The notes beneath the pieces are model-generated. The model was not told where the DNA came from and did no database searches. It worked only from the letters and a program-made list of their open reading frames with translations. From an uncultured Acidobacteriota bacterium (lineage in GTDB: Bacteria > Acidobacteriota > Thermoanaerobaculia > Multivoradales > UBA5704), in NCBI GenBank assembly GCA_963700145.1, contig OY969474.1:5152001-5216000 (forward strand): a stretch of 64,000 bases of DNA. Direction: 5' to 3'. This document shows, in pieces, positions 38,701-46,760 of this stretch (its first letter is position 1; each line of letters opens with the position of its first letter). Made by a program: the position numbers and the translations under genes.

Positions 38701-39556
38701 ATTGCGGCTTGTCCACGATGTAGACGAACTCGAACGGAGGCTGGCGCACGGTCCGCTTGGAGACGTCCGAGGGGTCGTAGTGGAAGGGGATGCCTTCTTC
38801 GGGGTAGAAGCGCGACTCGGGCGCGCCCAGCTTCATCAGGTACTCGGTCTCCTTGAGCGCCGCGTAGGCGTTGGCGAAGGTGCCGTCGCGGTTGATGCCG
38901 GTCTTGTCCTCGAAGACCGCGGGCTGCACGGCGACGCCGATCAAGCGCGGCTTGCCCAGCTCGCTCGCCAGGTCGCGCAGCATGTAGGCGATGGGGAGGT
39001 GGCAGCCCGAGCCCGTGCCGCCGGCCACCGAGTAGCAGATGACGATCCGGATCTCCTGGCTGTCGAGCCGCCGGTGCCCGTGCTCGTGGGACTTGAGGTC
39101 CTCCAGCAGCTTGCGGAACTTGGGCAGGAAGTCCTTGTGCTTGACCTGATAGAAGACGCCGAGCCGCGATTCGATGCGGATCTGACCGGCGCCGGCCGTG
39201 TCGCCGGCGCGGAAGCGGTAGTTCTGCGGCACCCACTGCGTGAAGTAGGGATCGGCCTCCAGAAAGAGCTTGCCGGAGGCGAGGTCGGCGTACTCCTCCT
39301 TCTCGAAGTCGCTGATGAGGAACGTTCTGTCCGCCATCTCGCGGAAGCCTTCGAGCTCGTTGACGTTGGTGTCGACCATGGCGAACTTGACCAGTGCCTT
39401 GTAGCGCTCTTCGTAGTCGGGCCGCCGCTGCAGGTGCCGGGCGACGCGGTTGACCAGGCGGCAGCCGCAGCCGCCCAGGCCGACGAAGAGCGTCGGGCAG
39501 ACCGCGCTCGGCTTGGTCAACATCTCTTCGATCACCACCTTCTGATGTCTCGGCAT
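35747..39556 (-). CDS. Tubulin/FtsZ-like GTPase (Tubulin_2 / FtsZl1 type) with long C-terminal extension
   Basis: SD GGAGGAG; LFVGLGGCG, VDTN, GAGQIRIESRL, SVAGGTGSG, ANAYAALKE. Confidence 0.9.
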   Translation of the reverse strand: MPRHQKVVIEEMLTKPSAVCPTLFVGLGGCGCRLVNRVARHLQRRPDYEERYKALVKFAMVDTNVNELEGFREMADRTFLISDFEKEEYADLASGKLFLEADPYFTQWVPQNYRFRAGDTAGAGQIRIESRLGVFYQVKHKDFLPKFRKLLEDLKSHEHGHRRLDSQEIRIVICYSVAGGTGSGCHLPIAYMLRDLASELGKPRLIGVAVQPAVFEDKTGINRDGTFANAYAALKETEYLMKLGAPESRFYPEEGIPFHYDPSDVSKRTVRQPPFEFVYIVDKPQSFTVPDPVDAAADGLYLQFFSPLYGYQASDYDNFTQHQRFLVPHDFEGKGIIGFTTFYGSYGAAVLLVPVDGLVEYCSQAAALSLMRASFLRSIPGDASYTTLRSVPEPFFEVALGDERNEKPVHVADFHKKEKDQRERLIDRLYMKRVRLLAACELQTSEIKRFVSLFRHGHRAGEVPLPDGTGRDFRPDRVKEDQEQVAREGMSYSIGAIVLPAISSDNQQEPAGLLQQARKAIEVRAEEDPPTAAGINRGYDARTRAAVWLDEFKAIGIRILKGGYKLGASRYPGMDSLVELAFLNDEAGEVDLAAKRYAVLSILERVRWEVKPPERTSDFDLGEVKDTDKLRANDIPALLESLQAQAIDRAMEIVTQLFIESLGDLRDNLNKFATTQRELEKGFDQLETEQLNRLRKLREDGGKGSSANQYVLDAEALQIEDGRRMWDFYFEDKIADSPDLSLSNREIQVLLSDTVTAMSVRRGGATSADLDKLFTALRDHVEKHLAAWIGGDPHSPDRARRDGLTLSDALELEVVYRALYRSNTPLVRAGGDKAIRELLSTYRYQPVEVDLKDEKHSDYLRDKIKRLVKEKASLLCVYEEGRDQHGGVRPDNVFVAAIDENFKSSAIEEAIRSADPNLTWVTTGWTNPKEIIFYRAVLNVPLYVFGRMKEMKSEYERFKALAKRPKVLHIDHNWEDVLPDLDPDSAQENHRQELLRNHVVNFAALLTTPRPDGGPKFIVRRGGKYCLTDPDWDGVSDDGELGDDGLTRLGETLADSIQRLPEVLESEKVTYLPYQQMLRAVREGLAPEVLAEVVQLPFRWRSNHDELRNKYGPNRTPVQQEKLKDYADAYKRLEEALEKLHDRLSNVTVEQRTLGDDLGANAANLTPADAEASLVQSLKILETFCEVWAALENPDQPGSVAKSFQQLFRPLADDRLNELLEKLRSGPARTAVPRRFWTGDGGAEAAETAAVPAPPPGDGASAADVPARG

Positions 39557-39608
39557 TCCCTTCTCCTCCCGGCGGATTCCGTCGAGTTAGACGATCGATT
39601 GCCGGCGA

Positions 39609-42377
39609 CTAGCCGACCTGCCAGCCCGCGGCCTTGCCTTCTTCATGGGTCTCCCACTCTTCGAGGGGACGGAGCAGCTTCGCCTTGTGCAGCTTGACCG
39701 CGCGCAGCTTGGGCCCGCCGTCGCCGTCGGAGATGGCCTGGGCCTCCTGCCAGACCAGGCTGCCGAGGCGGCCCTGCCCGTCCGGCACCGCCAGGAACAG
39801 AGCCTTGCCAGCGGCGATGCCGAAGAGCCGGCCGCGGAACCTTTCGGGCTCGCTCTCCGCCTTGGCTTTGACGTCGCCGTCGGCGAGCAGGACGATCTGC
39901 GAGCGCGCGACGTCGCGGCTCGCCTGGAGCAGGAGCTGCACGGTCTCCTGGTACCGCCCTCCCGGCAGACCGAAGCGCAAGGGGTTGGAGCGGAGCCAGG
40001 CGCCGGCTCGGCGAGGCAGCCGCAGCGCCTGGCGCACCAGGCGCGTCACCTCGCTCTTCGACTTGTCGAGCTCGGCCGCGTCGCCCCACTCGGTCCAGAC
40101 CAGCGGCCTGAGCTTCGCCGCCAGGGCGTCGGCCTTGAGGAAGCTGCTGTTGCGGAACATGTTGACGCCATAGAGGATGAGCAGGAGCAGCAGCAGGACC
40201 GCCAGCGCCGCGAGGACGCGCGGTCCGTAGCAGGCCCAGAAGCCGGCCGGCTCGACCTCGACGCGCACCGGCACGACGATCGGCTCCGGCGCCCGCGCGC
40301 CCGGCGGCAGGGTCTGGCCGCCCGCCGGCGCGAGCCCGAGGCGAGTGGCGAAGGAGCCTGTCGCGCAACAGCGGTCCGGGAGCGCGCGCAGCCGCAGCGG
40401 CGCCGCGCCCGGGCCGGCCGCGAAGTCGCGGCGGAGGAGCGGCGTGCCCTGGTCGTCGCGCAGCAGCTCGGCGCGGCCTTCGCCGGCGAACCCGAGGACC
40501 AGGTCATCCGGGTCCTCGGGCCACGCTTCCGACTCCTGCGGGGTCTCCACGACACCGCGGAGCGCCACGGTGTTCTGAAAGTTGCCGCGCACCGTCACCG
40601 GCAGGTCCCGCATCCGGCCGCCGCGGACCTTGAGCGACAGCTCTTTGGGGACCGCGATCCGGTAGTCCAGCGCGAAGCTCAAAGGCAGCTCGATGTTGGG
40701 AAGCCGGCGGCCGCCCTCGGCGGTGAGAACGAGGCGGAGGACCGTGTTCACCGAGCGGGCGATCGGCTGCGGGCCGCAGTACGGGGAGACGCGGAGCACG
40801 AGGTTGTAGGTCTGACCCGGCGTAATCGACTGGGGCTTGCCCTCCGGGACGCCGCTCAGCTCCACGGTCACGCACGCCGGCAGGTCGGCGCGCTCGCCGA
40901 GCTCGAGGTGGCCGGAGGCGCGCGGGAAGTTCCCGGCGAGGAGGAACGGGCTCTGCGCCAGGTCCCCGGGACGCAAGTGACCGAAGGCGAGGCGATCGGG
41001 TTGGGGCCGGATTTCTACCGAGGAGACTTCGAGCGAGACCGGGGTGCCGCGCAGCTTGATGGTCTCGCCGGAGGAAAAGCGAAGAGAGACTTCCGGCTGG
41101 AACTCGTAGAGGCCTTTTTCGAGATGGCTGCGCGGCAGCCCGAACCGCGCCTGGCCGGGCGCGAGCTGGTTCACGCCGGCGTCAACCGGCGGCTCGCTCG
41201 GCCGGTCGGCGCGGCGGACCTGCACCCGGGCGGTCAGCTCGCCGCCGGTCACGTCGCCTCCCACCACTTGGTCATCGGCGTTGACCAGCTCGACGATCAC
41301 GCACACCGACGCCCCCACATCGACACTCTCGACCTCGGCTGCCGGAGCCCGGCAGGTTCCCAGGCGGACCGCCCGCCGCACCGTGAGGCGGTACTCCGGC
41401 AGAGCGACCACCTTCCAGCGCTCGCCCCCGCCCGCCACCGTCACCTCCACCGGCTCGGCATCCGGCCGGTAGTCGAGAGCGGCGAAACGGAAAACCCTCC
41501 CCCCGGCGCCGTACTGATGAGTGCCGGCCCGCGCGCTGCCCAGCGTCCGCGGCGCCCTGCCGCGCCGGCTGCGGATGACGAAGGAGAGATTGGGTCCGGC
41601 GTCTGGGGCGATGGCGAGGAGGCGCACGCGCTCGGCACCGCGGTGAGCCGCCAGATGAGTCTGGCGTGGCGAAAGGAGGTACGCCTCATATCCTTGCGAG
41701 CGAGACACGGCTGCGGCGAAGGTGTGGAGGATCGAGGTCGGATCTCCGGGGTTGGCTTCGATCGCCTGCCCCCCGGTGCGCTCCGCCAGACGTACGAGAG
41801 CCGTCGAATACTGCTCGCCACGGAAGCGCAGCAGGTAGAACTGGAACAGCCCGTCGCCGTGGGAGCGCAGCCCGCTCAGGAAGTCCTCGACCGATGGCTC
41901 CTCCTCCGTTGCCGGCTCGCACTGGCCATCGGTCAGGAACAGGACGACCTGCGCCACGTCTGTCTGGTAGGCCGCGTCCAGCAATTGGCGCGTCGCCGCG
42001 AGCGCCGAGCGGCACGGCGTGTGCCTGGCGGTGTAGGCAGCGAGACCCTTCAGGATCCCGTCGATTCGCGCGCGGTTTTGACGCAACGGCTCGATCGGCG
42101 GCGGCGGCGCTCCCTCGCGGGGACCGTTGAGACGCACGACTGACACCTCGTCGCGGTCGTCCAACATGCTGACCAGGGAGCGCGCCGCGAAGACGCCGAG
42201 CCGGTCGCGATCCGTCCCCTGCATGCTCCCGGAGTCGTCGAGCACCAACACGAACTGCGCCGAGCGCCCTCCGGAGGACCGGGCCGTTGGCTGCGCGGCG
42301 GCGGGAGGCGACGAGAGGACGGTGAAGAGACACGCCAGAGAGATGACCGCCGGAGAGATCAGTCGCTGCGAGCGCAC
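39609..42377 (-). CDS. Exported, membrane-anchored vWA-domain protein
   Basis: Signal peptide; MIDAS DDSGSM...TP...FLTDG; beta-rich stalk; TM VLAALAVLLLLLLILYGV; cytoplasmic tail. Confidence 0.88.
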   Translation of the reverse strand: MRSQRLISPAVISLACLFTVLSSPPAAAQPTARSSGGRSAQFVLVLDDSGSMQGTDRDRLGVFAARSLVSMLDDRDEVSVVRLNGPREGAPPPPIEPLRQNRARIDGILKGLAAYTARHTPCRSALAATRQLLDAAYQTDVAQVVLFLTDGQCEPATEEEPSVEDFLSGLRSHGDGLFQFYLLRFRGEQYSTALVRLAERTGGQAIEANPGDPTSILHTFAAAVSRSQGYEAYLLSPRQTHLAAHRGAERVRLLAIAPDAGPNLSFVIRSRRGRAPRTLGSARAGTHQYGAGGRVFRFAALDYRPDAEPVEVTVAGGGERWKVVALPEYRLTVRRAVRLGTCRAPAAEVESVDVGASVCVIVELVNADDQVVGGDVTGGELTARVQVRRADRPSEPPVDAGVNQLAPGQARFGLPRSHLEKGLYEFQPEVSLRFSSGETIKLRGTPVSLEVSSVEIRPQPDRLAFGHLRPGDLAQSPFLLAGNFPRASGHLELGERADLPACVTVELSGVPEGKPQSITPGQTYNLVLRVSPYCGPQPIARSVNTVLRLVLTAEGGRRLPNIELPLSFALDYRIAVPKELSLKVRGGRMRDLPVTVRGNFQNTVALRGVVETPQESEAWPEDPDDLVLGFAGEGRAELLRDDQGTPLLRRDFAAGPGAAPLRLRALPDRCCATGSFATRLGLAPAGGQTLPPGARAPEPIVVPVRVEVEPAGFWACYGPRVLAALAVLLLLLLILYGVNMFRNSSFLKADALAAKLRPLVWTEWGDAAELDKSKSEVTRLVRQALRLPRRAGAWLRSNPLRFGLPGGRYQETVQLLLQASRDVARSQIVLLADGDVKAKAESEPERFRGRLFGIAAGKALFLAVPDGQGRLGSLVWQEAQAISDGDGGPKLRAVKLHKAKLLRPLEEWETHEEGKAAGWQVG

Positions 42378-42475
42378 GCCACCTAAGACACGGCGTGCCC
42401 TCCTTTGTAGGTCCAGCAGAGCCGTCGCACCGCCAAGCGCTAGAACCCTTCTTCGCGGTTGGTGTCTTTGATGGA

Positions 42476-44701
42476 GTGCCGAACCTGCGGCGGGCGATCG
42501 GTCTGGCCACCGTCCTCCTCCTGCGCAGCTCCGCCGGAGAGGCGCGGGACCCGGTCACGATCGCGGCCGGCCTTCCGGACGGCATGTACTGGCGTCTGGC
42601 GTCTGCTCTCGACGGGCTCGATCCCCAGCTCGCCGTGAAGGCCATCTCGACAGGAGGCTCGACGGAGAACTTGCAACGGCTCGAAGCGGAGGAGGTCCGC
42701 TTCGCGCTCGCGCAGCAGGACGTCGTCAGCGAGCACTTCCGCAACCGGCCAGACACGGAGGTGCGCGTCGTGGGGCGAGTGTTCTACGACTATCTGCACA
42801 TCTTCGTCCGCAAATCCGTCCACTTGGAGACGGCCGGCGATCTGGTCAAGCTCAAGGCCTGGATAGGAGAGCCCGGCAGCGGGACTCGGCTGACCGCCAG
42901 CCGGTTCTTCGACAGCCTTGGAATGCCGGTCTCGTCGCTCGCCGAACGCGTCCAACCGTCCACTGGGAGCTCAGCGGGTAGGCCGGAAGCCCAGTCGACC
43001 ACCTGGAGCGGTCTGGCGGGAGAGTTCCGCAGCGACCGGTTGGATGCCGCCATGATCGTCACTACGCCGGGACTGCCGCTTCTCTGCCGGATGATGAGAT
43101 CGGAAACAGTCTCCCTCTTCTCCCTCGACCCGAAGACGCTGCGCCAGCTGACGAAGGAGGAGGAGACGACGTTCCGGGCGCAGACCGCCATCGGCCGGAT
43201 CCCGGCCGGCACCTACCCGCACCAGTCCGCTCCGGTGGCGACGATCTCCGTTCCCGTCCTCCTCCTGGCCCGCTTCGACGAGAACCCGCGGATCGCCCTC
43301 CGCCTCCTGGAGGCCACGCACGCAGCCTGGGAAACGCTGACCGGCGAAGAGCGACGAGCGGTCGACGGCGAGCCGGGTTGCAACTTCTCGAGCAGCGCTC
43401 CGCGGGCCGCTCCGCTCAGCGCTTCCGGCCTGACCATGCTGCAGGGCGTGCCCGTCGGCGAGCCTCTCTGGCCGCGGATCAGCCGGGCGATGGTGCGGAT
43501 CCTCCTGCTCGTCGCGACCGCCGCCCTGGCCTTCTGGGCCTATCGCCGCCGCTGGCCTGCCCTGGTTCGCAGTCTCTGGCAGCAGGACAGGCTGCCGTTC
43601 ATCTTGGCCCTGCTCCTGGCGTTGGCGATCGCGATGGTGACGGTGACGACGTTTCTCCTGGAGCGCGGGATCAACGAGAACTTCTCGACCATCGGCGAGT
43701 CGTTCTGGTCCATCACGCTCTACCTGTTCAGCGGTCTCGAGAGTCGCAACCCCTATACCGACGGAGGCCGGATCGTTGCGGCGCTCGGTCTGCTCCTCGG
43801 TCCCGCGTTCTTCGCCGTGCTGTCCGGCTGGTTGGCCCGGTTCTTCATCCGGAGGGACAAACGCATGCCTCACGATCTCAGGAACCACTTCCTGCTCCTG
43901 AACTGGAACACGCGGGCCTCGGAACTGGTGCGCGAGCTCCATCACCCGAGCGTGCGCGAGCGGGAGGGAACGTTCGTCGTCGTCGTGCTCACCGACGACG
44001 AGTCGCTGGAGATCCGCCGCTTCAAGGAGGCGGGCAGCGGCCGGGACGCCGCGTTCGAGGACTTCTACGTCAGCATCGGCGACCCGACCGACGAGCGAGC
44101 GCTGAGAAACGCCAATGCGGCCGAGTCCCGGTCCGTCCTTGTCCTTGCCGACGATCAGCACGGAGACGAGCGTACGATCCGCTCCATCCTGATGCTGCGC
44201 AAGATCGCCCGCGACGCGGGTCGCACCGATCTGCACGTCGTGGTGGAGCTGCTGAATCCGGCCAACGGCGCTGCTCTCGATGAGCTGGCCGATGACTTCC
44301 CGGGGTTGCTGGAGCGCATCTCGGGTCTCCAGGTGCGGACGCTCCTGCTCTCGCAGGCGGCGCTCAACGCGGGGATCGTCGACTTCTACTCCGACCTCCT
44401 GCAGATCTCCGAGCGGACGAACGAGATGTACACCCTGGACGTCCCGCTCGCCGCGATCGGCATGCCCTTCCGCGAGTACGCCGCTCTGGTCCTGCGGTCG
44501 AATACCGACGATCCGCTCCTGCCGGTCGGTCTACAGAGGAAGATCGACGGTAGGCCGCGCATCCTCACCAACCCCCGCCAGGGAGAGCCCGGCTGGATCA
44601 TCGAGGCGGGCGACCGCCTGCTGGTCATCGCCTATCAGCCGCCACTGACGCCCGCGCTGCCGGTGCCGGATGGGGCGGAGCTGGTGCGAGCCGTGGTCTA
44701 G
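42476..44701 (+). CDS. TAXI-type solute-binding domain fused to a 2-TM ion-channel pore and RCK domains
   Basis: TAXI: STGGSTENL, ALAQQD, GEPGSGTR, IPAGTYP. Pore: FSTIGESFWSITLYLFSGLE...PYTDGGR. RCK: HFLLLNWN, GDPTDERALRNAN. Start at GTG 42476 inferred. Confidence 0.8.
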   Translation: MPNLRRAIGLATVLLLRSSAGEARDPVTIAAGLPDGMYWRLASALDGLDPQLAVKAISTGGSTENLQRLEAEEVRFALAQQDVVSEHFRNRPDTEVRVVGRVFYDYLHIFVRKSVHLETAGDLVKLKAWIGEPGSGTRLTASRFFDSLGMPVSSLAERVQPSTGSSAGRPEAQSTTWSGLAGEFRSDRLDAAMIVTTPGLPLLCRMMRSETVSLFSLDPKTLRQLTKEEETTFRAQTAIGRIPAGTYPHQSAPVATISVPVLLLARFDENPRIALRLLEATHAAWETLTGEERRAVDGEPGCNFSSSAPRAAPLSASGLTMLQGVPVGEPLWPRISRAMVRILLLVATAALAFWAYRRRWPALVRSLWQQDRLPFILALLLALAIAMVTVTTFLLERGINENFSTIGESFWSITLYLFSGLESRNPYTDGGRIVAALGLLLGPAFFAVLSGWLARFFIRRDKRMPHDLRNHFLLLNWNTRASELVRELHHPSVREREGTFVVVVLTDDESLEIRRFKEAGSGRDAAFEDFYVSIGDPTDERALRNANAAESRSVLVLADDQHGDERTIRSILMLRKIARDAGRTDLHVVVELLNPANGAALDELADDFPGLLERISGLQVRTLLLSQAALNAGIVDFYSDLLQISERTNEMYTLDVPLAAIGMPFREYAALVLRSNTDDPLLPVGLQRKIDGRPRILTNPRQGEPGWIIEAGDRLLVIAYQPPLTPALPVPDGAELVRAVV

Positions 44702-44712
44702 CGGAACGGGAC

Positions 44713-46674
44713 CTACCGCAAGTAGCCGAGCGCTTCGAGTCGCCGCCGCTCTTCGTCGGAGAGCGGGCGCGGCTCGGCGCGGCCGACCGGGGCGCGGCGG
44801 GCGGCGAGCCAGCGGCGGAGGAGCTCGCCGAGCTCGCGCTCCGCGGGCAGGCCGCGGCCGGCGAGGCTGCGCTCCTCGCCCGGGTCGGCGCGGAGGTCGT
44901 AGAGGGCCGGGCCGTCGGGGAAGAAGCGGGTGTTGCCGCGCGAGAGGATCAGCTTGCGGTCCGGCGTGCGCACCATCACGCCGAGGCGCGCCGCGTGCTC
45001 GGCGAAGACGGCGCGGCGGCCGCGCCGGCCGGCGGCGGTGAGGGCGCGCAGGTCCTCGCCGTCTTGCGGCGGCGGCGGGAGCCCGGCGGCGGCGAGGAGG
45101 GTGGGGAAGAGGTCGATCGTCTGCACCAGGCCGCGCAGGCGGTGGCCGTGCGGTGGCGGGCCGCCGGCGGTCGGACCCGCGGACGCGGGCCAGCGGACCA
45201 TCAGCGGCACGTGGGTCGTCGTGTCGTGGAGCCCGACGTGACGGTAGAGCACGCCGTGCTCGCCGAGCTGCTCGCCGTGGTCGGAGACGAGGGCTACGAC
45301 CGTCGTTTCGAGGAGGCCGCGGCTGCCGAGGAAGTCGAGGAGGCGCCCGACCTGCCGGTCGAGGTAGGCGACCTCGCCGGCGTAAAGGTCGCGGTGGCCG
45401 CCGAGCACCGGCTCGTCGAAGGCGCGCGGGCCGGTGGGGCGGAAGGGCGTCCAGGCGGCGACCGGAGCGAGACCGTAGGGGAGGCTGGGGCGCGTGCCCA
45501 GGGCGTAGGGGCGCGGCGGGGTGTGCGGGGTGTGCGGGTCGAAGAGATGCACCCAGGCGAGCCAGCGCCGCTGCGCCCGCTCGGGGGCGGCGATCCAGTC
45601 CATCGCCATGTCCACCGCCAGCTCGGCGGCGAAGTGCTCGCCGGCCAGGGTGACGTCGGCGAAGCCCTGGCCGAGGCCGGAGTTGTGGTCGCCGAGGTGG
45701 CGCGCCGAGATCACGGCCAGGGTCTCGTAGCCGCGCCGCCGGAAGAGCTCCGCCAGCGTCGTGTGGGCGCGCGGCAGCGGCGTCGAGAGGTCGTAGACGC
45801 CGTGGTCCTTGCCGTAGAGGCCGGTGAAGATCGAGGCGAAGCTGGGGTTGGTGACGTTGAAGGCGGTGAAGGCGTCCATCCAGACGTCGCTCTCCGCCGC
45901 CAGCCGGTCCATGGCCGGCGTCAGGCTGGGGCCGCCCTGCCGCCAGGGGCCGAGGGCGTCGGCGCGTACGGTGTCGAGGCCGAGGACGAGGACGTTGGGG
46001 GCCGCGGGGTTGATCTGCCGGGGAGCGCCGGTCGCGGACGGCGGCGGCAGCGGCTTGCGGCCGTAGACCGCGGGGCTGCCCCAGAGGGCCGCCGGCGGCG
46101 GGGCGCCGGCCGGGGCGGCCGGCAGCGGCCCGAGCGGGCGCACCTCGAAGAGGAGGTCCACAGCCTTGCCGGCCCAAGGCGCGAGCGGCAGCTCGACCGC
46201 CGCCGGCGCGATCGGCGCCACCGGCGTCACCGGCCGGCGCCAGAGCTCGCGCTCGGCGCCGCCACGCTCGCCGCGATCCGCGACCGCCCGCGCGGTGACG
46301 CGGTAGGTGCAGGCGCAGCCGGCCTCGGCCCCGAGCGGCACGAAGGAGAGGTAAGGCTCCGTGCCGAGCGCCACCCGCCAGCGCAGGCGCGAGCCCGCGG
46401 TCTGCGCCACCGCCCGTACCTGCCCGGCGGTGCGGCGCGGGAAGGCGACGAGCTGCGAGGGCGGGATCTTCGCCATGTCCCGCACCTCGGCGGTGCCGAG
46501 GAACGAGATCGTCTGGGTCGAGGCCCGCAGCCACCGGCTCCCCGGTGGCGGCGCCTCGACGACCGGCTTCGCCAGCCAGAGGTCAACACGCTGCCACGGT
46601 AGCGGCAGCGGCGCCGCGGACTCGCGCGTGCAAGCGGCGAATAGCGCCAGCGCGAGAGCGAGGACGCGGCGCAT
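44713..46674 (-). CDS. Sulfatase-like (alkaline phosphatase superfamily) lipoprotein
   Basis: Lipobox FAA-C; LDTVRADAL, TNPSFASIFTG, HLFDPH, VSDHGE, HVPL, LEALGYL; ATG lies 6 nt after TACAAT. Confidence 0.9.
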   Translation of the reverse strand: MRRVLALALALFAACTRESAAPLPLPWQRVDLWLAKPVVEAPPPGSRWLRASTQTISFLGTAEVRDMAKIPPSQLVAFPRRTAGQVRAVAQTAGSRLRWRVALGTEPYLSFVPLGAEAGCACTYRVTARAVADRGERGGAERELWRRPVTPVAPIAPAAVELPLAPWAGKAVDLLFEVRPLGPLPAAPAGAPPPAALWGSPAVYGRKPLPPPSATGAPRQINPAAPNVLVLGLDTVRADALGPWRQGGPSLTPAMDRLAAESDVWMDAFTAFNVTNPSFASIFTGLYGKDHGVYDLSTPLPRAHTTLAELFRRRGYETLAVISARHLGDHNSGLGQGFADVTLAGEHFAAELAVDMAMDWIAAPERAQRRWLAWVHLFDPHTPHTPPRPYALGTRPSLPYGLAPVAAWTPFRPTGPRAFDEPVLGGHRDLYAGEVAYLDRQVGRLLDFLGSRGLLETTVVALVSDHGEQLGEHGVLYRHVGLHDTTTHVPLMVRWPASAGPTAGGPPPHGHRLRGLVQTIDLFPTLLAAAGLPPPPQDGEDLRALTAAGRRGRRAVFAEHAARLGVMVRTPDRKLILSRGNTRFFPDGPALYDLRADPGEERSLAGRGLPAERELGELLRRWLAARRAPVGRAEPRPLSDEERRRLEALGYLR

Positions 46675-46760
46675 GCGGCGATTGTATCCACGCGGGGGGA
46701 CCTGGGGCGCCGCTGGGCCGGCGGCTGGCGCTGCGCCGCGCGGCAGCGCAGCGCCGCGGT

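Noticed and set aside
27782-39697. Very long plus-strand ORFs (1354, 624, 669 and 1369 aa)
   Set aside because: Antisense shadows of real minus-strand genes, expected at this GC content; no motifs.
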